Below are positions 8,846 to 16,393 of a stretch of 64,000 nucleotides of DNA, piece by piece. Origin of the DNA: a virus; IMG/VR virus record IMGVR_UViG_3300045988_041382, positions 9,104 through 73,103 of that record. One strand, given 5' to 3'. The translations under genes and the position numbers were made by a program. The notes below the pieces were generated by a model. It had not been told where the DNA came from. It saw only the letters and a program-made list of their open reading frames with translations, and did not search any database. Each line of letters begins with the position of its first letter. The stretch's first letter is position 1.

Positions 8846-9046
8846 TCAGGACTCCCCGGCGGCGTTGTCTCGCCGCATCTGCTCTCGGATGGCACGGCCT
8901 ATAAAGGCATTGACAGACTCGCCGCGCTGGGCTGCATGGGCCTTGATCGCGTCCCTGCTCCCTGCCGGAAGCGCCAGTGACAGCCGGTCAAGGTTCGCGG
9001 CGTCCCATTTGGCATTGTTGCGCTTTTTTGCCTCGCTGATGGGCAT
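8846..9046 (-). CDS. Ribbon-helix-helix (Arc/CopG-like) DNA-binding protein, first gene of the minus-strand early operon
   Basis: MPISEAKKRNNAKWDAANLDRLSLALPAGSRDAIKAHAAQRGESVNAFIGRAIRE shows the RHH pattern. It lies directly downstream of the TTGATA-17-TATAAT promoter. Confidence 0.75.
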   Translation of the reverse strand: MPISEAKKRNNAKWDAANLDRLSLALPAGSRDAIKAHAAQRGESVNAFIGRAIREQMRRDNAAGES

Positions 9047-9072
9047 TTCTCGCCCCCTTTCCACCGTCTCCC

Positions 9073-9101
9073 ATTATAGCATGGGCGCGGGCACTTATCA
9101 A
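9073..9101 (-). promoter_or_regulatory. Early promoter (minus strand)
   Basis: On the minus strand: TTGATA, a 17-nt spacer, then TATAAT. The -35 box lies inside operator 1. Confidence 0.65.
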
Positions 9102-9172
9102 GTGTAAAATCTGTACAAGAAAAGCACTTAATAATTGTCTATTCTGCCGATTGCAAAAACACTTGTTAAGTG
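9092..9172. promoter_or_regulatory. Three operator-like sites (CACTT-N3-AAGTG type)
   Basis: cacttatcaagtg at 9092-9104, cacttaataattg (half-degenerate) at 9125-9137, and cacttgttaagtg at 9160-9172. Confidence 0.6.
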
Positions 9173-9179
9173 CTACAAT
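9151..9179 (+). promoter_or_regulatory. Early promoter (plus strand)
   Basis: TTGCAA, a 17-nt spacer, then TACAAT. The spacer contains operator 3. Confidence 0.65.
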
Positions 9180-9235
9180 AGACCATAGTAGGGCACAGGA
9201 CAACAGGACAGGCCGCGAGGCCGGGAGGATCAAAA

Positions 9236-9424
9236 ATGACTAAAAAATTTGCAGAAAGAGTGCTTAGCGAGGGCGTTGTTGACACCGCAAAATATAGGTA
9301 CAAATATCGCGCCTACTATGGCAGCGACTGCCGGGATCATGTCAAGATCCTACGGCTGCCGCTTGCTGATCTGGACACCACAGAGGCGATTAACGGATGG
9401 AAGACGGTTATGGTGGTGTACTAA
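9236..9424 (+). CDS. Hypothetical small protein
   Basis: 62-aa ORF with RBS gggaggatcaaaaATG. Confidence 0.6.
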   Translation: MTKKFAERVLSEGVVDTAKYRYKYRAYYGSDCRDHVKILRLPLADLDTTEAINGWKTVMVVY

Positions 9425-9436
9425 AGATGGCGTGAC

Positions 9437-9523
9437 ATGGGACTTATAACAACGGTCATCGGCGCGGCGTGGCTGGCCTCCGCCGTGGTTCGGCTGGTGG
9501 AGTGGCTGGGCGGCGACAGGTAA
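9437..9523 (+). CDS. Possible 28-aa hydrophobic peptide
   Basis: My translation gives MGLITTVIGAAWLASAVVRLVEWLGGDR. No clear RBS. Confidence 0.25.
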   Translation: MGLITTVIGAAWLASAVVRLVEWLGGDR

Positions 9524-9589
9524 AACGCTTCTAGTGAGTTGGGCGCATCAGCCCCACCCCATAAAAATTTTAACAGGAGGAACAGAAAA

Positions 9590-9994
9590 ATGAATGGAAC
9601 TTTTGAGAAAATGGCGGAGATCATCAACGGACGCGAACAGCGGAGCGCATGGCGGCGCGGCGTGACGGCCTACGCCCTGGAGCTGCTGGAGGAGCTGAAG
9701 GAAGGCGTGGACGGCGGTTATATTTCCGCCGATGACCTGAACACCCCGGCGGACTTTTCCCGCGCCCTGCTGAGCGGCGCGAGTGACTGGAGCGCTTACA
9801 GTTATGACGGCTGCTCCCTGATCTATAACGGCGACATTGCCGTCCGCCTCTGCTGCCCGTCGGAGCTGAAGAAAACGCGGGAGGGCGAACGCCGCCCGAA
9901 CAGCCGGGAAGAGTGGTTAGACGTTCAGGCGCGGGCACTGGCACAGGCCGCCCGCGTGGTGCGCATGGCATACCAAAAAGCAATTAAAAAATAA
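9590..9994 (+). CDS. Hypothetical protein
   Basis: The start MNGTFEKMAEII follows RBS acaggaggaacagaaaa. 134 aa. Confidence 0.65.
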   Translation: MNGTFEKMAEIINGREQRSAWRRGVTAYALELLEELKEGVDGGYISADDLNTPADFSRALLSGASDWSAYSYDGCSLIYNGDIAVRLCCPSELKKTREGERRPNSREEWLDVQARALAQAARVVRMAYQKAIKK

Positions 9995-10008
9995 GAAAGC
10001 GCGGTTCT

Positions 10009-10052
10009 AATGGAGCACCCGCCTAAAAGCTCCATTTCCATAAATATTTTTT
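10009..10052 (+). terminator. Rho-independent terminator
   Basis: Stem AATGGAGC/GCTCCATT followed by a T-rich tail. Confidence 0.5.
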
Positions 10053-10065
10053 AGGAGGTTTTTCT

Positions 10066-10206
10066 ATGAAATGGCGCGTTGATTATGTTGTCGGCAATAC
10101 CTATAAAGTGAAATATGTTATTGCTGATAGTGCTTCACAAGCTATCAAAAAAGCACGGGTTAAAAATATTGTTGACTTGAACAGCGCAGAAAAGCGTAAA
10201 ACATGA
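10066..10206 (+). CDS. Hypothetical 46-aa protein, markedly AT-rich
   Basis: RBS ttaggaggtttttctATG. Translation is MKWRVDYVVGNTYKVKYVIADSASQAIKKARVKNIVDLNSAEKRKT. GC is visibly lower than the flanks. Confidence 0.5.
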   Translation: MKWRVDYVVGNTYKVKYVIADSASQAIKKARVKNIVDLNSAEKRKT

Positions 10207-10230
10207 AAAACCGAGAAAGGTAAACGCGAT

Positions 10231-10242
10231 CCCTTGACACGG
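10231..10242 (+). promoter_or_regulatory. cccTTGACAcgg motif copy
   Basis: The exact motif lies 36 nt upstream of the ATG at 10275. Confidence 0.45.
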
Positions 10243-10274
10243 AGAACAGACTACACAACAGGAGGAACGCAAAA

Positions 10275-10451
10275 ATGAACACCTACCAGCGCCGCAAAGA
10301 CGCCGCCCGCGCCCAGGCCATCAAATGGCAAGCCGACTTTTCCGACCGTTCCATACCGTGGGCGGCCATCGCTGCCGAACAGCGGCATTTTGAACAGTTG
10401 GCCCGCCGCTATGGACTTTTGCGGGAATTTCGCGAAAACGCCATCATTTGA
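10275..10451 (+). CDS. Hypothetical 58-aa protein
   Basis: RBS acaggaggaacgcaaaaATG. Translation starts MNTYQRRKDAARAQAIKWQADF... Confidence 0.55.
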   Translation: MNTYQRRKDAARAQAIKWQADFSDRSIPWAAIAAEQRHFEQLARRYGLLREFRENAII

Positions 10452-10471
10452 ACAGCAAGGAGGAAAACAAA

Positions 10472-10696
10472 ATGAACGACCGCACCACCGCCACCGACGC
10501 CCGCTTCGGCATCTCTGAACAGTGCGCCGCCCTGGAGCGCGACCTGCTGACCCTCCCCGGCGTCGTCAAGGTGGAATTTGATCTCGATGGATTTTATGAC
10601 AATCTGCGGCAGGTGATTTTTCTTGTAAAATTCGACATCCCCGCCGCGAACAAGAACGGCGCCGCCTACCGCACTGCGCCCCAGCGGCGCACCTGA
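10472..10696 (+). CDS. Hypothetical protein
   Basis: The start MNDRTTATDARF follows RBS caaggaggaaaacaaa. Confidence 0.6.
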   Translation: MNDRTTATDARFGISEQCAALERDLLTLPGVVKVEFDLDGFYDNLRQVIFLVKFDIPAANKNGAAYRTAPQRRT

Positions 10697-10715
10697 CGAA
10701 GAAAGGAGCGCCAAA

Positions 10716-10904
10716 ATGAAAAATAAATTTTGCCCCTACAAAAAGGTATGCCGCGATATGTGCTACGGCGAAAATCCTTGCTCGTTTGCAAAGGCGTTTG
10801 ACGGCCTTGCTCGAAAAATCGACCTGAAGACATCCCAAATAGAATCCCTGCGTGCAGAAAATGCAGAGCTGAAGGCGAAGTTGAAACAATCCGGCGTTAT
10901 CTGA
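10716..10904 (+). CDS. Hypothetical Cys-rich / coiled-coil small protein
   Basis: 62-aa ORF. RBS aaaggagcgccaaaATG. Confidence 0.6.
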   Translation: MKNKFCPYKKVCRDMCYGENPCSFAKAFDGLARKIDLKTSQIESLRAENAELKAKLKQSGVI

Positions 10905-10986
10905 CACCCCGCAAAACTCCCCGTTGCACCCCCGGAAAAACCGTGATAAAATTAAGCAAAAGTAAATTTACGAGGAGGAACATACC

Positions 10987-11268
10987 ATGAGCAGCATCAA
11001 GGAGATCACCCCCGTCGCCCACTGGTGGAACGCACAGCCGTCCAACGATATGCCCATCTACGACATCGGCGGCGCTCTGTATTGCGCCGACGGCTGGAAC
11101 GGCGAGGCATATCTGCACTCGTTCCGCGTCCTGAACGCCAACGACCTGGACAGTGAACACCCGCAGGAGGTGGAGCTGTGGCCGGTCTACCGTTTCCAAA
11201 TGGAAAATCGAGAATTTGACGAGGGCGACGACACCGCCGCCGAGATCGTAGGCTTTGAAGTCCGCTGA
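10987..11268 (+). CDS. Hypothetical protein
   Basis: 93-aa ORF. RBS cgaggaggaacataccATG. Confidence 0.6.
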   Translation: MSSIKEITPVAHWWNAQPSNDMPIYDIGGALYCADGWNGEAYLHSFRVLNANDLDSEHPQEVELWPVYRFQMENREFDEGDDTAAEIVGFEVR

Positions 11269-11305
11269 ACAGCGCCCATCAAAATTCACAAAGGAGGAAC
11301 AGAAC

Positions 11306-11620
11306 ATGGACATCAACACCCACGGCAGAAAAATCAACTTGGAAACATTGGCCAACGCCTCCGACTCCACCAAGGGCCTTGGCTCTCGAACGGGGGAATA
11401 TGTGGAAATCTTTTATGACAAGTCAACCGGCGATGCCTGGTGCAAGTACCACTGGGATCGTGAGGAGTGGACGGTCTACCACGACAGTGATGTAGTCAAG
11501 GTCGGCATCGCCACCCGCTACAAGACCCCGCAGCAGATCGCGGACATGATCGCCAGCACCCTGACGGAGGACGAACAGACCGAGCGCGAGAACGCCGCAT
11601 ATTTGAAGGGAGGATCTTGA
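11306..11620 (+). CDS. Hypothetical protein
   Basis: The start MDINTHGRK follows RBS aaaggaggaacagaac. Confidence 0.6.
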   Translation: MDINTHGRKINLETLANASDSTKGLGSRTGEYVEIFYDKSTGDAWCKYHWDREEWTVYHDSDVVKVGIATRYKTPQQIADMIASTLTEDEQTERENAAYLKGGS

Positions 11621-12159
11621 ACATGAACACGCAGGAGCTGATCCAGCGATACAAAATCGCCCTGAAAATTGACGAACACGGCCAGCCCACCGGGGATCTG
11701 ATCGTATACCGCGCCGACAAAGCGGCTCTTGCCGCCATCAAAGCCGCAAAGCAGGAGATCGTGGACACCCTGCTGGCGCAGCGCGAAGCCGGACTCCGCG
11801 CCGAACAGGAACGGCAGGCAAAAATCGACGCCATTCCCGGACTGCGGGAGATCGAAGCCGCCCGCACCGATCTGGTAAATTGGAAATTGGAATTTGATGC
11901 CAGTTTTGACAGCGAGAACGGCGGCGGCGTAGGCGTCCGCCCCAAGCCGAAGTATGACATGGATGCCCTGTACGCAAAATATCCCCGCGCCAAGGCATAT
12001 TTGGAAGCCCAAGACTTTGCCGCATCTGACAACGACGCAAAAGCTGCCGCCGGGAGAAAAGCGCTGGAAGCGATCATCAACGGCGAAAACCACGAACAGG
12101 CCATCCACACTATGAACAGCGAGTGGGCGGCTTACTGCGAATCCCACCTCTGGGATTGA
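11617..12159 (+). CDS. Hypothetical protein
   Basis: 180-aa ORF. Its start overlaps the upstream stop. Confidence 0.6.
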   Translation: MNMNTQELIQRYKIALKIDEHGQPTGDLIVYRADKAALAAIKAAKQEIVDTLLAQREAGLRAEQERQAKIDAIPGLREIEAARTDLVNWKLEFDASFDSENGGGVGVRPKPKYDMDALYAKYPRAKAYLEAQDFAASDNDAKAAAGRKALEAIINGENHEQAIHTMNSEWAAYCESHLWD

Positions 12160-12195
12160 CACGAACAGCCGCCCACCTATCGGCACTCGCACCCC

Positions 12196-12254
12196 GCGCC
12201 CACGCTCGACAAATAAGACCACCTGCCGGACGTGGGCGCGTTTCCCCTTTTTTG
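12196..12254 (+). terminator. Rho-independent terminator
   Basis: Stem GCGCCCACG/CGTGGGCGC followed by tttcccctttttt. Confidence 0.6.
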
Positions 12255-12306
12255 TGCGAACAGCGCACATCGAAAATCCCGCAAAAAATGGAAAGGAGAA
12301 CAAAAA

Positions 12307-13200
12307 ATGGCCCTCATCACCTGCCCGGAATGTAACGGCCAAGTCAGCGACAAGGCTGCCGTCTGTACCCGCTGCGGTTATCCGATCGCCGCCAACACTC
12401 CGCAAGAAAAATATGCTTTCTGCGTCAAATCACAGCTCATCCCGACATCCGCAGTCCAGGCATGGGAGCGCTTTACGGCTCTACGCCTAACAATGGAGAT
12501 CGCTGGAGTTTCCACCGGCGACGCAGAAAAAATGCTCAGCACTCCTGGTTCTATTCTCAAAGACAAGCTCACAGAACAGGAGGCAGCCGCCGTCGTTCTG
12601 AATTATCAGAAGCTCCACATTCCCACCGCCGTCGAACAGTCAAAATATACGCTTCGTGAGGTGGAACAGGAGAAAATGGACATCCAGAACGCCTTTCTCA
12701 AGAAGCGCGCCGCCGAAGACCCGAACGAGTTTTTTGTTTTCAAAAAGGTCTGGCCCGGCATGGTGGATCTCGCCTGTACAATGTGCGGGCAAAATTTCTC
12801 CACAGACATCAAAAACGTTTCCGTTGCAAACGATCTCGTTATCACCGCAAAACGTCCGATCACCTGCACAAAATGTCAGCGAACGGCATCCCCCGGAACA
12901 AAAATAGCCAAAAACGCCGGGAGCATCACACCAAAAGACCCGGAAAGTGCCGCTATTGACCCATCGGCAAAACAAAAGCGACTTTTCGACCCGGACATTG
13001 TGGAAAAAACGGAGGCGGCACGTCTCCGCTGCCCCAAGTGCGGCGGTACAAACATCCAGTTTGTCAAAAAAGGCTTCAGCCTCGGCGGTGCAGTCCTTGG
13101 CGGACTTCTTGCTGGTGGCGCCGGTCTGGTGGCTGGAGGTCTCGGCTCTAATGACGTTATGTGTGTCTGCTCCAACTGCGGACACAGGTGGGCAAAGTGA
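12307..13200 (+). CDS. Zinc-ribbon protein with a C-terminal Gly-zipper membrane segment
   Basis: N-terminal MALITCPECNGQVSDKAAVCTRCGYPI; C-terminal CPKCGG...GGAVLGGLLAGGAGLVAGGLG...CSNCGHRW. Confidence 0.7.
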   Translation: MALITCPECNGQVSDKAAVCTRCGYPIAANTPQEKYAFCVKSQLIPTSAVQAWERFTALRLTMEIAGVSTGDAEKMLSTPGSILKDKLTEQEAAAVVLNYQKLHIPTAVEQSKYTLREVEQEKMDIQNAFLKKRAAEDPNEFFVFKKVWPGMVDLACTMCGQNFSTDIKNVSVANDLVITAKRPITCTKCQRTASPGTKIAKNAGSITPKDPESAAIDPSAKQKRLFDPDIVEKTEAARLRCPKCGGTNIQFVKKGFSLGGAVLGGLLAGGAGLVAGGLGSNDVMCVCSNCGHRWAK

Positions 13201-13321
13201 ACCACCGCAAAACTCCAAAAAAATAAGTACCTCGCCCCTTCCGACCAAAGACTGAGCGAAGCACTTATTCTGTCAACGCCGCAAGGACGCCGCTGTTTGA
13301 ACAAATCTTTTCAAAAAACTC

Positions 13322-13361
13322 TTGACATTATTGTACGGATAGTATATATTATATGTACGGA
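13322..13361 (+). promoter_or_regulatory. Promoter with a direct-repeat operator
   Basis: TTGACA at 13322-13327, a 17-nt spacer, then TATATT. TGTACGGA occurs twice (13332-13339 and 13354-13361), 22 bp apart. Confidence 0.6.
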
Positions 13362-13381
13362 CGCAAAAGGGAGGTGCAACA

Positions 13382-13561
13382 ATGTCTCCGGCCAGAGGCC
13401 GCCCACCCATCGACAACCCTAAAAATGTACGTTTTGAGGTCCGGCTCACGCAAGAACAGGCTGAACAGCTTGCATATTGCGCGGAAAGGCTGGAAGTTTC
13501 CAAAACGGACGTAATTACAAAGGGTGTTGAACTGGTGCGGGCGCAAATCGACAAAAAATAG
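13382..13561 (+). CDS. Ribbon-helix-helix protein (59 aa)
   Basis: My translation is MSPARGRPPIDNPKNVRFEVRLTQEQAEQLAYCAERLEVSKTDVITKGVELVRAQIDKK. RBS aaagggaggtgcaaca. Confidence 0.65.
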   Translation: MSPARGRPPIDNPKNVRFEVRLTQEQAEQLAYCAERLEVSKTDVITKGVELVRAQIDKK

Positions 13562-13653
13562 AAAACTCCCGCCGCGCTGTCTTATCTTGGCGGACGAGCA
13601 GCACAACGGGAGCCACCAGCCCCTTTCGGGGAGGTCGTAAATATTCTACTACG

Positions 13654-13692
13654 ATCCCCCGGAAAGGTCAAGAGCCGTTCGGGGGATTTTTG
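13654..13692 (+). terminator. Rho-independent terminator
   Basis: Stem ATCCCCCG/CGGGGGAT followed by ttttt. Confidence 0.65.
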
Positions 13693-13722
13693 CACACTTT
13701 TTTGAAAATCCACCTTCGGAAT

Positions 13723-13734
13723 CCCTTGACACGG
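13723..13734 (+). promoter_or_regulatory. cccTTGACAcgg motif copy
   Basis: Preceded by ttttttgaaaat. The downstream gactaccaaagac element recurs at 14549. Confidence 0.45.
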
Positions 13735-13783
13735 CTGGTACTATACCGACTACCAAAGACCAAAGAAAGGTGGAAACAAGACC

Positions 13784-14518
13784 ATGACAAAGTTTGAACA
13801 GCTTATCCCCGTAAATGTGGACAGCCCTGACCGTATCACGGTATCGGCCCGCGACCTGCACGCCGCCCTTGAGGTGGAAACACCCTTCAACAAGTGGTTT
13901 CCCCGTATGTGTGAGTACGGTTTCGAGGACGAAAAAGACTATCGGACATTTTTGTCCAATAGGTCTGACGGTCTCCCCGGCAAGCCCCGGCAGGATGCAG
14001 AAATCACCATCGAAATGGCGAAAGAGATTTGCATGCTTCAGCGCAGCGAAAAGGGCAAGCAGGCGCGGCAATACTTCATCCAGCTCGAAAAGGCGTGGAA
14101 TAGCCCCGAAAAGGTCATGGCGCGGGCGTTGCAGATTGCCAGCGACAAAATCAAGGGGCTGCAAGCGAAAATCGAGGAGGACGCTCCTGCCGTCCGCTTC
14201 GCCAACGCCATTACGGGATGCGACACGAACATCCTCGTCCGCGACATGGCGAAGCTGCTCAAGCAAAACGGCGTGGACACTGGAGAAAAGCGTTTCTACT
14301 GGACGCTCCGCAACGACGGCTTTCTTATCAAGGGCGGCAGCGATTACAATATGCCCACGCAAAGAGCCATGGAAATGGGGCTGTTCTTCGTCAAGGAAAC
14401 GCCCCGCTTCACCAAGGAAAGCGGCATCATCGACCGCGTTACCACTGTGACGCCCGCCGGACAGCGGTACTTCCTGAACCGATACGCAGCACACGCGCCT
14501 AATTCGCTGAAAGCGTAG
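13784..14518 (+). CDS. Phage antirepressor (AntA-like N-terminus, KilAC-like C-terminus)
   Basis: N-terminal SARDLHAALEVETPFNKWFPRMCEYGFEDEKDY; C-terminal VRDMAKLLKQNGVDTGEKRFYWTLRNDGFLIK...PTQRAMEMGLF. Confidence 0.8.
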   Translation: MTKFEQLIPVNVDSPDRITVSARDLHAALEVETPFNKWFPRMCEYGFEDEKDYRTFLSNRSDGLPGKPRQDAEITIEMAKEICMLQRSEKGKQARQYFIQLEKAWNSPEKVMARALQIASDKIKGLQAKIEEDAPAVRFANAITGCDTNILVRDMAKLLKQNGVDTGEKRFYWTLRNDGFLIKGGSDYNMPTQRAMEMGLFFVKETPRFTKESGIIDRVTTVTPAGQRYFLNRYAAHAPNSLKA

Positions 14519-14583
14519 CGGCGAGATTGGCGACGGCGTGTAGTATGCTGACTACCAAAGACTACGTTGAAAGGAAAATTACA

Positions 14584-15054
14584 ATGAATATCGACGTCAG
14601 TACCCCCGAAAAACTCCATGAATACCTTATGTCCCTCGTGGAGAGGGAGAAAAGGACGGGAGTTCCGTCATCCGCAGAGGAACTTGCGCCCGCCATCGAG
14701 GAAATGTTCCGACAGCAGGCAGAATTTCAGCGGAGGCTTGACAAACTTTCCGAAAGGAAAAAAATTCCCTTTAACAACAATGTGCCCCTTCTGCTGTCTG
14801 ACAAGTACAAAACGTTGGCAACGGAGGATCAGGTAGCTATATTCGGAGCTCTGTGCCTGCACCTCGTCATGGCTGTTGACAGCGCTCGAAACGGCGATTT
14901 CAAGGAGGCCAATTTGCACATGATTACTGGCGGCATGGAGCAGGAAGATGTGAACTGCCCTTCCTATATGGAACTATGGATCGCCATCAGCAGGTTCATT
15001 GACGCCCTCCAGGATGGGATCGTCAGTTTTGATGCCCCCGAAGAAACCGAGTGA
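14584..15054 (+). CDS. Hypothetical protein
   Basis: The start MNIDVSTPEKL follows RBS gaaaggaaaattaca. Confidence 0.55.
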   Translation: MNIDVSTPEKLHEYLMSLVEREKRTGVPSSAEELAPAIEEMFRQQAEFQRRLDKLSERKKIPFNNNVPLLLSDKYKTLATEDQVAIFGALCLHLVMAVDSARNGDFKEANLHMITGGMEQEDVNCPSYMELWIAISRFIDALQDGIVSFDAPEETE

Positions 15055-15114
15055 TTACACCCTGTATACCTACATTCACATCATACACCATTTATACAAC
15101 AGGAGGAAAATCAA

Positions 15115-15333
15115 ATGACAGTCCGCGAAATCTGTTCTGTGCTGGCAATCGGTGACGGCGTTAAGCCTAATATCGAGTTGACCTTCGGCGCTAACGGCGT
15201 ACCCTTTACCCCTGCCAACGACCTTGAAATGATGGCCTACGGCGACTTCCTCATCGACTCCTGCCACGTTTGGGAGGGCGGCGTGGAGCTTGTCCTCATG
15301 CAGCAGTTCTGCAAAAAGAACTGGAACGCATAA
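15115..15333 (+). CDS. Conserved 72-aa protein, paralog A
   Basis: Translation starts MTVREICSVLAIGDGVKPNIELTFG... A close paralog lies at 20815..21033. Confidence 0.65.
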   Translation: MTVREICSVLAIGDGVKPNIELTFGANGVPFTPANDLEMMAYGDFLIDSCHVWEGGVELVLMQQFCKKNWNA

Positions 15334-15345
15334 GGGCGGTGCAGC

Positions 15346-15510
15346 ATGATCCCCTCCAACATTCAACTGGAAGATACCGTCACCCGCTGTATCGCCGACA
15401 CCGAGAAAAAGGCCACCGGCAAAGTGATCTACATTCACCCTCTGCGCCGCTATTATGTGGTGGAGTTCCGCATGAAATACGGCAGCTTCCGCGAGTGTTA
15501 CAACACCTGA
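15346..15510 (+). CDS. Hypothetical 54-aa protein
   Basis: My translation is MIPSNIQLEDTVTRCIADTEKKATGKVIYIHPLRRYYVVEFRMKYGSFRECYNT. Confidence 0.45.
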   Translation: MIPSNIQLEDTVTRCIADTEKKATGKVIYIHPLRRYYVVEFRMKYGSFRECYNT

Positions 15511-15550
15511 AAAATTTTTTCAAAAACTTTCAGAAATTCCCTTGACACGG
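15510..15550 (+). promoter_or_regulatory. UP-like A/T tract plus cccTTGACAcgg motif heading the RNA island
   Basis: The sequence is aaaaattttttcaaaaactttcagaaattcccttgacacgg. Confidence 0.5.
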
Positions 15551-15707
15551 GGCGCATACTTAAAATTGCCGAAGGGGACACCCCCTCCCCAACGGCGCAG
15601 AAGCCCCTTCAAGTTTTTATAAGCTCCACCCCGTAAGCAGGAGCTGTGCCGGTCAATTCGCTGCAACGAACCCGGTATCTCGCGGGCAGTTCGCGCAGGG
15701 GAACTAC

Positions 15708-15780
15708 GCAGACGTAGCTCAGTCGGTAGAGCACCGCGCCAGGAGGTATGTCGTTGGTTCGAGTCCAACCGTCTGCACCA
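15708..15780 (+). ncRNA. tRNA-like element 1 (no canonical anticodon arm)
   Basis: Acceptor GCAGACG/CGTCTGC plus ACCA, D arm GCTC-AGTCGGTA-GAGC, and T arm GTTGG-TTCGAGT-CCAAC are all present. Only 19 nt (CCGCGCCAGGAGGTATGTC) lie between the D and T arms, and I cannot fold them into a 5-bp stem with a 7-nt loop. Confidence 0.55.
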
Positions 15781-15954
15781 ATTCAGCGTGGACACCGCGA
15801 GTGTTGTGTGTTTTAGCGGGATAGCCGTTTGGGTGATGCGAAGTCCTGAAGTAAGCCCCTCAAGCCTCGATGTTGTAATTGCGCCTGTGATCTGCTGGCA
15901 AAAGCGAGGCACGGAAAAGATCTGGCGGCTCGGAAAGACGAGCACTCCCCTCAT

Positions 15955-16068
15955 GGAGATGTGGCAGAGTGGTAATTGCGTTCTGCAACTCCCGGCAGGA
16001 ACAGCCATGTGTGAGTGACACGGGAGCACACACGGCGCACGGAGGTTCGAATCCTCCCATCTCCACCA
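15955..16068 (+). ncRNA. tRNA-like element 2 (type-II-like, 8-nt anticodon loop, oversized variable arm)
   Basis: Acceptor GGAGATG/CATCTCC plus ACCA, D arm GCAG-AGTGGTAA-TTGC, anticodon-arm stem TCTGC/GCAGG enclosing AACTCCCG, a roughly 39-nt extra arm (CCATGTGTG...CACACACGG) and T arm GGAGG-TTCGAAT-CCTCC. 114 nt in total. Confidence 0.5.
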
Positions 16069-16393
16069 TAGGCGTGACCTCTTGCCTCGCAGCCGCACGG
16101 AGCGTAAGCCTGCGGAAGTGGTCTTTCCTGTGCGCTGTACGAAAGCGGCAGGACGAAGTAATTTATTTATTGGCTGGCACCGGCTTTGTAAAGATGAACG
16201 GATGCGACCGACGTACCGGCGCAGGGCTGAAAAGTTCCGTGGTTGGTTCGGGTGCCGGCGTGTGCGGCGAAAATCCGAGGCGAAACCTGTAGATGTGGAA
16301 GCGGCGTGGTGGCGGCTGTCTTTGGACAAGGCCGCCGTGTAGGTCAGTAGCCATCCGCACCGGCATCCTGCCAACTGTGTCCCCGCAAAATTT

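Noticed and set aside
8143-8895. ORFs inside the non-coding block (8143..8472, 8162..8746, 8328..8660, 8578..8895 minus, and others).
   Set aside because: The translations are Pro/Gly/Arg/Ser/Phe low-complexity strings. Several frames are open at once, which points to a composition artefact. There are no RBSs.
13649-14494. A 281-aa minus-strand ORF, and 21045..21965 (minus, 306 aa).
   Set aside because: They are antisense to the AntA/KilAC antirepressor and to the integrase, both of which have clear family motifs. Their composition is Gly/Ala/Val/Arg-biased.
15741-15810. AGGAGGTATG inside tRNA-like element 1 looks like an RBS plus start codon (22-codon ORF MSLVRVQPSAPIQRGHRECCVF).
   Set aside because: It lies wholly within the tRNA-like fold (T arm and acceptor). 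It is most likely coincidental.
15955-16068. A direct link between the 8-nt-loop tRNA-like element and quadruplet decoding of UAGA at 56715-56712.
   Set aside because: The loop sequence AACUCCCG does not contain UCUA, the anticodon needed for UAGA. The association would be pure speculation.
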